A stretch of 37,062 nucleotides of DNA from Lingula anatina (lineage: Eukaryota; Animalia; Brachiopoda), in assembly GCA_051362555.1 (NCBI GenBank), contig JBPQGU010000012.1, positions 1-37,062 of the forward strand. The letters are read 5' to 3'. The position numbers were made by a program, and so were the translations under genes. Below are positions 1-10,860 of this stretch, piece by piece (position 1 is the first letter of the stretch; each line of letters begins with the position of its first letter). Below the pieces are notes generated by a model. It was not told where the DNA came from. It ran no database searches and saw only the letters and a list, made by a program, of their open reading frames with translations.

Positions 1-1434
1 AATTGTCAGCTTGCTTCCTTGTTCTTTTTGTTTAGATATTGTCGCTAGCTGTATTAAGTGTAAATAAAGAATGAACCGTGTATGCAAAGGATAAAATATT
101 AGCATGATTTTTTTTACCAAACGTTAAATTGGTATATTTTCACGAATGCTACTTTATATTTTTACCAAGGGCTTTATTTAGATGTAACATTTGAAGGTAT
201 ATTATTTTGATTAGGAATAGATATAGCAAACATGGATGTGACAGTTTGATGCACATATGAAATATATAATCAACATGTGAAGATGAAGGATTTAAAATTA
301 AATGTAAGACAAGGAAATTACTGTTTTTTCAACATAAGACTTTATGTGTTACCAAATGTATGTATAAACATTTGTTGTTGAATAAAGCCAATTTTGTAAG
401 AATGACTTATGCCCCCATGCAATTATTTGACATTTATTTCGGAAGGCAATACTTTAGACAATCTGTGAAATTGAGAAATTGGTAATAGGTGACTGTCGGA
501 AAGACAAAAAAAATGTGTCTTCATTTAGATACTTTATTTTACTGTACGGTAATTGCAAAATGGAAAAAAGGTAGTGTTTTGTCTAAAACCCTTTGAAAGG
601 AGCATGTTTATTGTTATTGTTTAATTTAGAAAAAAATTATATATTATGTTCGGTACTAGCAAACCATTTAAAAATGAAATTGCACATATCCTTTATTTTC
701 GTATGGTGATAAGTTGCAATACTATTTGCGCTTTCTTAACATATTTAAAAGAATGGCTTAAGGAATAAATAGCATATATAAATCCTAAGATGTGTTTTGA
801 TATCGAAATTGCCTTTACCAACTAACTACACCGCCAGTTGTGTTAGTTGTGATAAATATCTTTTTGTTAATCGAGAAACATTGGCGACTGTACAATATGA
901 ATACAGCCTCCCCATACCTTACTTGTGTTGAAAATCGAAGGCCAACGCAACCTTATTCCTGATTTAATTTTTAAATTAGGGTGATGTGTTCTACACTAAA
1001 CACATAAGGCAAACTTATTATTAATAACCATGAGAAGTGGTTCTGTCGGCTTGCAAAACGCTTGATTTTGGTAGGGAGTGACAATATATTTACTTCCTGG
1101 TACAAAAACTTCCTCTCTATTGAAAATGATTTAATGTAAAAGTGGATTTATTAGATTAGCTAGCATGGCCTAATTTTACCGTTCTGTACCAACTTTTCTG
1201 AATTAAACCTTCTGAATTAATCAGTTTGTTCTCCAGAATTCAATTCCTGCGTCCTTCCAACAAGAAAGCCTTTCAGTTGATTAACTGGATTTTTATCATA
1301 CACTCCGCCACAGGTATCACGCCCATCTTAAGAAGGTTATGGAAAAAATTACCGTCTGATTTAGTCAAGGTGTATACTACTAAAATGCTTCCCGAACTTA
1401 AATATTACAATACCCTATTATACTGTTAATGCAG

Positions 1435-1771
1435 GTTTGGAAGTTACCTTAGATGCTATACCATTCAATGGGTACATCATGAATCCTGATAGCGGCATCA
1501 CACCAACAGTGGACCTTGAGTGCAATTAAACAGTGGATCCTGGCGCAGTACGTGACTTTTTCAAAGGAGAAACGGACGATAAAAACCAAATAGCAGTCAC
1601 ACAGGTTTCTGATGGAAGATTTGCCGCCAGAACTGACTTGATGGTTAGTCTCTGATCCATCATTCACGGTAACAATAGGCAAAGTAACATTGGCAGATTA
1701 GGGGAACAATATGTGTCAGGTTTCAGTCCCATTCAGTTATCCCGTGGTTACGACTTTGGCGCAGAACAAAT
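1435..1771 (+). pseudogene. Orphan V-exon pseudogene (copy psi1)
   Basis: GCAG|GTTTGGAAGTTACC = GLEVTLDAIPFNGYIMNPDSG...LECN*TVDPG. In-frame stops (TAA after the first Cys, GAT TAG GGG for DEG) and deletions. No leader, C or TM exon is found; the DNA after it matches the family's 3' flank. Confidence 0.85.
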
Positions 1772-3484
1772 GTAATATTAAAATAATATAAAACATGACA
1801 AAAAACGAAGATTATCATTCGGATAAATAAATTAGAAGAAATGTGGAGATGATTTTTTTTCAGTGTGAGTTTGTGTGTCTGTCTGTGTGTCTCTGTGTAT
1901 GTGGCGCTACGATAGATTTTTACATTCCATGACTTGTATTGCGTTTTTACATTATGATGAAAGACCTAAAACAGAAGAGAATGTTAATACTGCGACTATG
2001 TGTTGCTTCAATATCACTGTTAGAAGCTGTCTTAGATTCGTTCTTGTTATATAATGGCATTGAAAAAAAGCTGTAGTATTACTTAATTTGATCAAACGGA
2101 GAATTGATTTCTGAAGATATAAGTCATTGGCTGATGTATGGAGCGCCATTCACGCAAAAAATGCAGACGTCAACTCAACAATCTATCGGCACTTTTTAAC
2201 AGCCAAAACCTACTTTAACTATCTAAACTTAATTCTACTAAATTAGTTGTGGTCATTTTAATCATTCATCAAAATCTAACAATCAATAAACGATTCAAAA
2301 GTCAGTTACTGCAACTCAACAATCAGTCACCGCAACTCAACAATCAGTCACCGCAAATCAACAATCAGTCACTGCAACTCAACAATGTATTTTTGCGTGA
2401 ATGGCGTGAATCATGGTGCGCCATTCACGCAAAAAATGCAGATGTCGAATCAACAATCTACCGGCACTATTTAACAGCCAAAACCTACTTTAACTATCTC
2501 AACTTAATTCTACTAAATTAGTTGTGGTCATTTTAATCATTCGTCAAAATCTAACAATCAATAAACGATTCAAAAGTCAGTTACTGCAACTCAACAATGC
2601 ATTTTTTGCGTAAATGGCGCAATGCATGGTGCGCCATTCACGCAAAAAATGCAGACGTCAACTCAACAATCAGTTACCGTAACTCAACAATCAGTTGTCG
2701 CAAACGGTCATTCGCGGACTTAACACCAGATGGCGCGCGCGCACCGTTAGCGATCTTAAACGCCCTTGACCTTTTCCAGAGCACAGGCTTCAAACAACTG
2801 CACATGCGCGAAAAGTGCGGTGTTTGAAATAAACTAGTTGCAGTGAAAGCAAAGCCTGTCCGTGTTTACCGTCTAGTTGATTTTATTTCATTTGCTCTCT
2901 GGTGTCATTTTGCAAATTTATATCAGAAATGTTCTATTTATTTTATGTTCTAAAAAGTAAATCCGTCGGAATTCCCTAGAATAACATTTATTTTACCTTC
3001 ATTTTAAGTGGATTCCCATTATTTATAGTGTTATATCTGGCTCCAATGGGGATTTTCCACCCCTTCCCACTCTTGATTAATAAAATTCTTCATGTGCCAG
3101 ATTGAAAATGATATTGCAAAATAAATTCAAAATCGTAGGAATAGAAGGTTAATTGCCGATCATTCTGCGAGGACATTATTGTGCGAGGGCGAATTTGGCC
3201 ATTATAATTTTTTAAACTTCATCTTTGGAGCGCATTTTACTGTACTGCACATACTAAATCGTAGGAAGCTTTCACTCACTATCGTTCACTTACGCTCACT
3301 TACACAAGTAACCTTTCACTCTCACGATCGATCCCAGATTCCAATGTCTAAAACTACACTCGTAAGTGTGTGCGCCAGAAACCAAGTCAACCACAAGGAT
3401 AAATCAATGTAACGCTGCTATATTCAACAACTGACCAGTTAAACGATTTATTCGTTGACGCTTGGAAGCTACATATTCTAAGTG

Positions 3485-3632
3485 AAGTCTCCAACTCTTA
3501 ACTCGTCAGCTTCGTACTCCGTCGCTTCCAATCTCCTTCCTCGCTGCTTCCTTCTACATGTCTCCCGTAGGCTATATCTCTCAAGGTATGGCTTACGGAG
3601 TACGAAGCTGACGAGTTAAGAGTTGGAGGCTT
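3485..3632. mobile_element. MITE (~148 bp) with ~38-bp TIR
   Basis: AAGTCTCCAACTCTTAACTCGTCAGCTTCGTACTCCGT ... ACGGAGTACGAAGCTGACGAGTTAAGAGTTGGAGGCTT. Confidence 0.8.
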
Positions 3633-3633
3633 A

Positions 3634-3918
3634 CTCGGTCACAACCGGACGCACGAATTTCAGGACCGTACGTCCCCTGCGATTTTTGATTGTTGCGAAG
3701 GCCGTGGCAGTCGTAGAGGTAAAGGAAAGTCTGCCTTGCGAGTAGCAAGAGCCACATGAGATTTCCTTTCAAGCAGGGGCGCTAATTGCAAGGAATGATG
3801 GCCGTGGAAATTGTACTCAAATCTTGAGTTTGTCTTGCGTGGGACGTGAGATTCTGCGCAAAAATTGGACGCAAACAGCCCGTAAAAGCCCGTACGGCCG
3901 GTTGTGACCGAGGCTTTA
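3634..3918. mobile_element. MITE with ~22-bp TIR, left tip missing
   Basis: CTCGGTCACAACCGGACGCACG ... CGTACGGCCGGTTGTGACCGAGGCTTTA. Confidence 0.75.
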
Positions 3919-3980
3919 TATCATTCTTCCTTATCTACCTGTATGGTCCACGACGCAAACTTTAACTACCTGTGTAAAGT

Positions 3981-4200
3981 GTAAAGAAGGCACGGCAAAG
4001 ACTGTATATTTTAAGATCATTGAAATTTTTTACTGATAGCGTGCCTATTTTAGTCAATTTTTACAGGTGTGTAATTGAAAGCATTCTAGCGTACGGAATT
4101 ATAATATGGTATAGCGGAACAGCTGGGGAGAAAAGGAAGAAATTAGCAAACGTTGTAAAAACTGCAAGCAGGATTATCGGAAAGACTCTTTCCATCCTGC
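3981..4200 (+). mobile_element. LINE ORF2 C-terminal fragment (Rex1/Babar-like)
   Basis: VKKARQRLYILRSLK...LVNFYRCVIESILAYGIIIWY...KKLANVVKTASRIIG matches the conserved post-RT region of Rex1/Babar and related LINEs. Confidence 0.75.
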
Positions 4201-5939
4201 ATCATCTCTTTTTATTTTTTTATCAAGCAACAGTAGACTTTTAACTTTTAAAGGCAGTAAAAGCTTTTTAAACAGCTTTTATCCAAGTGCAGTGGCGCAT
4301 TTTAATTTGATCTCAAAACTAAATTCTTAATTTGTTTATTTATTGTATTATCTTATTATTTTACTCTGTATATTGCTCCAAATGGAAAATGATTTCCAAT
4401 TTTTATGATTTTTATAATTTTTTTACCTTGGCGTCATACACAGAGACCGCCGCATTACTCAAAAGTTACTTGACTACAAGACATTACGTCATACAGTACG
4501 ACTTCGTATGATCTTTATGTTGGACCCGACAGCATGTTTTAATTTTTGAAAGCGAAGCAATGGAACCAAACAATACGATGCAATATGTATTCTCATAAAA
4601 AATGCTATTTTTGAATAAAGACCATAGCATGGAGTACATCGAAATGCGACTTGGTTAATTATTACTATGATCTTCAATAATAGTTAATATTAAATATACT
4701 TTATAATAAGTTCTTGTTCCCGGCCTATTTACTAACTTAATTGATCTTTTTAGTATTTGTAGATTAAAAACACAAAAATTGTCTGGTTTCTTTTAGAGGA
4801 ACCACATATTGTTCGTGTGCTGGCTTTCACCAACTTGTTTATTTCAAACACCGCACTTTTCGCGCATGTGCAGTTGTTTGAAGCCTGTGCTCTGGAAAAG
4901 GTCAAGGGCGTTTAAGATCGCTGAAGGTGCGCGCGCGCCATCTGGTGTTAAGTCCGCGACAGATTGTTGATTTGCAGTAACTGATTGTTGATTTGCGGCG
5001 ACTGATTGTTGAGTTGCGGTGACTGATTGTTGAGTTGCAGTAACTGACTTTTGAATCGTGTTTTGATTGTTAGGTTTTGACGAATGATTAAAATGACCAA
5101 ATCTAATTTAGTAGAATTAAGTTTAGATAGTTAAAGTATGTTTTGGTTGTTAAAAAGTGCCGATAGATTGTTGAATTGACGTCTGCATTTTTTGCGTGAA
5201 TGGCGCTCCATACATCAGCTTTGGTTGTTAGCGTTTTACCTTATTTTTCTTTTGTATTTTGATTATCCATATATATTTATTAAGAGTAAATGGATGTTGC
5301 AGTTTGTTGACAATTGTATTTTAGATATTTAGAGTGAGAAAAAGCTAATTGATCTAAAGTTGATTTGAAGAGATTCAATCTTATATTAATTAAGTTGTCA
5401 GTTGTCTGCTTGCTCCTTATATTGTGTTTTATTCGATGGGTGGGGTGGGGTGGATGATAAGACAAACATTTTAAAGGTTTTGTCATGAAACAATACTAAA
5501 TTCATACATAGTTGTATATACCCATTAAAATTACCTAATTTATACCTTCTGTTAATAAAATCTATTGCAATATTGTGCAAACTTTAAAGTGTTGGGTTGT
5601 TTTTATGAAATCCTCTCTAATGAAATTGTGAAAATTCTCAACCATTTATGTTTTAATTTCTTAACACATTGAGAAAAATATCATAGCAATGGACAAACCA
5701 TGTGTACAAGCATTGCCAAAGATGTTGTATGTTAATACTACAGTCGCTTTTGCCAACAAACTGCGCCGACAGTTGTGTTAGCTGTGATCAGTTGATAATT
5801 TGATTGTCGATTACCCCGGGTACTGCTGACAACGTTATCTTAAGCCTTTCTTTGTAATGGAATAAAGTGGAATAACATATAGTAATTCGTTGCGGCTTCA
5901 TTTAAGCAAGGACTGCAAACGGCTACACCACGGAAGAAG

Positions 5940-6879
5940 ATGAAGACGTGTTTTTTTTTTTGTGCTGCTCTTTGTAACTCCAAATATTATTGAAGGTAGG
6001 GAGTGAATGAGTTCTAATGTACTTCAAAGTACGTAATTTGTCTTAATAAAAATCAGCTTAAACTGTGCCTAAACTAAAGGGAGGTCGCCACCCCAAATTA
6101 CACTTGTACTAAATGTGTATAGCTAAGATGACAGGCCAAAGTTATCCCTGTCTTAACCAAGATGGCAAATTTTAGATCAAACACAATGAGCGAACAAAAT
6201 ATCTCTTTTAGTAACTTTAAGGTATGATGCTACTTGCTCAGGAACTTTTCGTCTTGATAGGAAGGGATCACGTAATCACTTCCTGGTACGTATAAAAGCT
6301 GAACTGGTGATTGATACTAGTTTGATATTGTGGTTATGGCAAGATAAACTAGCACTTTTGTGTAACAGCCTGTGCAAACTTCCTCGACTAGTTTGTTTGA
6401 AATCCATAGTTCATTGCTAGCCCTCGCAAGAAAGAACAAGAAAACCTATCAGTGGACTACACAAGTAGCTGGAACTTCAAAATACAGTACGCCACAGATA
6501 TCACAGTCTTTTTTTTGAGTGCAATGGGAAATTGTGAATTGCCTTATTCGATGAAAAGAGTATGTTGCAAATCGCTTACCAAGTTTTTATTATATTACGA
6601 CATTCCTTTTTCATATACTACAGGTTTGGAAGTTACTTTGGTTGGTTTTCCTTCCAACTGGTCTTTCATGGATCCTGAATGTGGCATTTTATCAACAATG
6701 GGCCTTATGTTCAGTTACACAGTGGATCCCGGAGAGGTCGCACAGAATGCTACATTACACGAATATGGATTTCAAAGGAACTGCAACTCCTCAATTACTG
6801 TTCGTATCTACTCAGGTCGGTAGTCCTTAAATTCAATTTTGCATAAAAAACATAAAAGTACCACAAATGTGTCAAAAGC

Positions 6880-6926
<47 letters not shown>

Positions 6927-7950
6927 CGGGGTGTTTTGCAGTGAGATAAATGTTCTATAACTGTAGGTTGAGATGACTAACATATCAAAAAGGATTGATG
7001 GCATTGCTCTTATCAAACACTGAGTGGTGAATATATCCCGCAAGCCAGGAAAGGTATATTTTTCACAACATGTACAAGTGCAACTGAATCAGTAATTACT
7101 TGTCGTCAGATCAGACAGAATACGCAAACTTGTTAAGTTGTATGATAACATTGTCCATATTTTATGCTTAATTTTCTTTATTAAACATAAGCATTGTGTT
7201 CAAGTACAACGCCTGTACACTGTTTAATAGACTGAAGAAGGGGGTATTCAGAATACAGATAATTTATTTCCTCCCTTCTATCCTTTCTATAATGTGGCTC
7301 ACACCGTGCCGGTTAATCAATCTTTCTTTTTTTATTGCACCTCATTTGTCTGATGATAAAAATACTGTTTTTATCATTCTGGTTGAAAATTTATGTGTAA
7401 TGTGTTGCTGTCAATGTATACACTTTACATTAGTTAACAAAATTGAAAGTACGTAAAACGGGAATGAATACCTGCATATGTGTTGTATTACAGGTGCTGC
7501 TTGGAGGACATTTTCGATCATTGTGACCTTGCTAGCAACGTGTCTTTTATGCATGAATGGATACCTTGTATTCTGCAATCGGTCGTTGTCCAGGAAACTC
7601 AAATCACAAACATCTGAACATCATCATATTACAAAAAATGCGACAGCAAACGGAAACAACGGCAGAACTGTTTTCGACCGAATCCCTAGACCCCCGCAGT
7701 AGATCCATCCCCTGACTTTAGTGGCGGTTATGTGGTTTATGATTATGCTGTGCCGACGACTGGGTACAATAATCTTCGCCGAGATAATCGGGATAAACGT
7801 TTAGCTGAACCATATACTGAACTTGCAGGGAATATCTTGCCGGTGACTGCAGCTGATGGTTATGTTGCCTATAATTACATTACAATTAATGATGATACCC
7901 AGGTCCAGTTTAGCCAACTCAGTGCTCATGATGAGTGTATCATATATTGA
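5940..7950 (+). pseudogene. Internally deleted receptor copy psi2: leader 5940-5995, 5' half of V 6624-~6837, TM/tail exon 7494-7950
   Basis: Leader has +1 nt in a T11 run. V has the B-strand Cys replaced by Phe, frameshifts, and breaks off after a KFN-like motif. No C or stalk exons. TM exon is frameshifted near 7690-7700 but keeps YNNL-x12-YTEL and YNYI. Confidence 0.82.
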
Positions 7951-9419
7951 TATGCCATTAGCAAAATTGTAACACCGTAATAATAGGCAAACATCCAATT
8001 GCGTAGAATACGCGTTAATGCGTACATTTTGAAAATATGACAGTTTTTGCAGATCAATTGCAAACAATAACTTCTAAATATAGATGTAAATAGATGTAAA
8101 TATAAAGATTCACAATCTACACTGTTGGATTACTTTAATAATATACATATACAACATTCTGTCGACCTTATCTGATCTTTGGAGTATGAAACTTAAAACA
8201 CGAAGCTTTACAAGGGTATTTTATATAACGCAGTAAAATGTGAATATTAGTACTTTATATTTTAAAATTACAGCATGTACTTTCGTTAATCAAAAACTAA
8301 AAGTATTGGTATTGTTTAACTCACATTTCGATGTCTGTCAGTTTGCATAATTAAATGCTAACTTACTTGCCTGCAACTATAATATAATAGAATATTGTGT
8401 CAATTCTTATTTAGAATCTTTCTCAATTGCCTTTTATAATCAGTTGGTTTTTACTACATTGACGTTTTATGCTCTTTAGGAATTTTTTTAAGAATCACAG
8501 TTAGAGTAATGTGTAGTATGACATATGGAATTGGAAATTACTTTAGCATATCTTTTTTCTTGATTTTTAAGATATCTGTTTTCAATATATAATTTTTAAA
8601 AAATTTTATTAGATACCATTTTATTATGCTTTATAATATGCCCAACAACTAAAATACCAAATATTTTCATGCGAATTCATCAAAAAGAATTTAAATGTGT
8701 TCTACTAGAAATTTGTCTGTACGTGAACGTGTGTGCGCACGTGCGCGTGTTTGTGTTAGCGGGTGTGGGGGTGCACACTCCATTAAGTTGCATTTTCACA
8801 TTTTAATAAAAGACCTAGAAGTCAAGGTTACCTTTTTATCACTGTGACTATGTGTTGTTAAGATATCACTGTAAAGAACCGCCTTAGATTAGCTGTATTT
8901 TCTTACAAACGTTCACAAATGGTATATATTGCTTTGTTCAAATGAAGAATTGATTTCAAAAGTGATTAGCCAATTACAAGCTTTAAGAATTGCCAGCTTG
9001 TTGCCTCATCTCTCTTTTCAGGTTGTATAAAATTAATAAACAACAGGATAATTTCATCCATATATCCACCAAGTAGCACAGATTTTTAAAGGTTGAAGAA
9101 CAAGTCACCGTATACGTCCTATTAATCAAGATGATGACAAATTATACATCAATGATACAAGAAATATATAACCTTCTTTTAAGATAACCATGATGCTAAC
9201 CCTTGTAAAATGAGATTGATCGCAAAAAATCCCTGCATTGTAAGAGTAGTTAGCATCCAATAAAAGTTGAATTATAAGGCGATTAAATAACATGACATTA
9301 TTTACTTACATGTGTAAACTTTGCGGTCTATTTATGAACTATTTAGTGACATGATAGTCTACAGCACAAAACACAACCTCAATGAGTGTACTTCCATTTG
9401 TTTAATATAAACCAAAAGT

Positions 9420-9875
9420 ATTACATTACATTACATCACATCACATCACATGATGTCATTATGAAAGTGAACACTGGAATTAACATGTCGTCCCCAAAGA
9501 TATTTTCGACAGAATTCCCATACCATGGCTTACAGTATGGGAGGGGCGCGTACTGTGGGACAGAGGCAGAAAAATTGGGAAGATACTGTTTATCGGCTCT
9601 TCCCCACCCAACACCCAACACATCATTTCTGACAACGCTGAACCTGCTTTCAGCTGAGAACAGTATCATTGCCCAATCGTAGGTTGGGTCTCTGAATGGT
9701 TCTTATGGAAAACCCCAACCTTCTGGCACTTCGGCGGGTCAAAACTAGCTCCTGTGTCAGCCGATTGGTAAAAATGTATCCCTCTGAATTACGTGCCACA
9801 TTAAAAAATGACAATCGGTGTTGGGTCTCAGTGGTTACGCTAGATAGGCCAATGTCCCATCACTCACACCCCTTT
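9420..9875. repeat. Possible SINE/retroposon remnant
   Basis: GC-richer block absent from paralogous intergenic DNA, with a (CATTA)n/(CATCA)n simple-repeat edge at 9421-9450. Family not identified. Confidence 0.3.
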
Positions 9876-10695
9876 TTTACATGATGATAGGATGACTAGT
9901 TGTTATGCAATATATAAATTAAATATATGGGTACCTTGTAGTACTATTCATAACTGCGGTATGAGTGATACTTTTTCCTGGGGGAGTATATATGCTACTT
10001 TATAGGCTTCGATAGAAAGGTGTGGCCCTGGATACTGTACATTTATGTCCCACCGACTTAATAATGTTGATCCACCAGTGATGTTATTATTTTTTCTGCT
10101 GCGATGTGTCTTTTCAACGGCCAAATCTAGATTTCCTGTAAAACTGCCGGCGGTCTGTGCGTCTTCTGAACGACTTGCCTGCCTCCCCCGTGCATCCACT
10201 GTGCAACCTACGGAGTCCTTTACCATGTTCGAGTGTCCGTTGAGCAAACGTTGCATTTTCTGTATCTATATCGGCGATTAGTGCCTCCTGTTAGACCGAT
10301 GACCGTTTTTTGGGCGTCCTTTAGCGACTGCTGTGCAACCTGGAGTGCTGAAATGTTTAGTCTCGAGTTCTGTTACTTCTACCATTAGTTTTTTAGTGAA
10401 AAGAGGAGAATAAAATTATTGAGGCTTCTTTGTGACTTAAGATGCAGTTGTGCTAAAATGCACTGTAAATATAGATAAGTTTAATACACTTAGCATCCAG
10501 TTTCGGGCTTAGTTTCTGAAAGCACATTTATTAAAAATTGTGAATGTTCTGTTTTTTTTCTTTGTATTATAAATAAATGTTTCAATATTTGCACTTTGTT
10601 CACTTATTTAAGAAAATAGCACAGCAATGATTTACCCTTTACAAATAAAAAATACAATGATGCTGCAATTTATACAGCAACACACTTTGTACGGA

Positions 10696-10716
10696 CGGTT
10701 AATTGTGTTAGTTGTG
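10696..10716 (+). promoter_or_regulatory. Conserved upstream motif (C[A/G]GTT(AATT)GTGTTAG), Myb-like core
   Basis: Found ~100-170 bp upstream of each leader ATG (5770, 10696, 26491, 35162, 36403) and at 835 upstream of psi1. Confidence 0.45.
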
Positions 10717-10805
10717 CTGCGGAGGATGTTATTTTTACCTCTCATTACAAAAGTGACTGCGGCTTATTAAGGTACATTCGACGAGAGACAACACAGAGGA
10801 AGAAG

Positions 10806-10860
10806 ATGAAGACGTGGTGTCTTTATGTGCTGATCTGTGTAGCTCCATATACAACTAAAG
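10806..10860 (+). CDS. Gene A exon 1, signal peptide MKTWCLYVLICVAPYTTK(G)
   Basis: ATG 10806, 55 nt, donor GTAGG at 10861. The same exon recurs at 5940, 26618, 35299 and 36511. Confidence 0.85.

Larger units (their letters stand above)
2139..5210. mobile_element. 3-kb non-autonomous long-TIR (foldback-like) element, TA-flanked
   Basis: Arms 2139-~2850 and ~4820-5210 are inverted copies starting TGGAGCGCCATTCACGCAAAAAATGCAGACGTC. They contain 21-bp CAACTCAACAATCAGTCACCG repeats, and the left arm has internal tandem duplications. Absent from paralogous 3' flanks near 8970 and 24390. Confidence 0.85.

Noticed and set aside
2300-2385. 21-bp tandem repeats as a CRISPR array or QLNNQSP coding repeat (ORF 2249-2521)
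   Set aside because: No unique spacers, eukaryotic context, and the repeats are mirrored in the opposite transposon arm.
6881-6922. Poly(A) after the half-V as evidence of a processed retrocopy
   Set aside because: The copy retains intron 1 and the last intron's acceptor, and no TSD was found.
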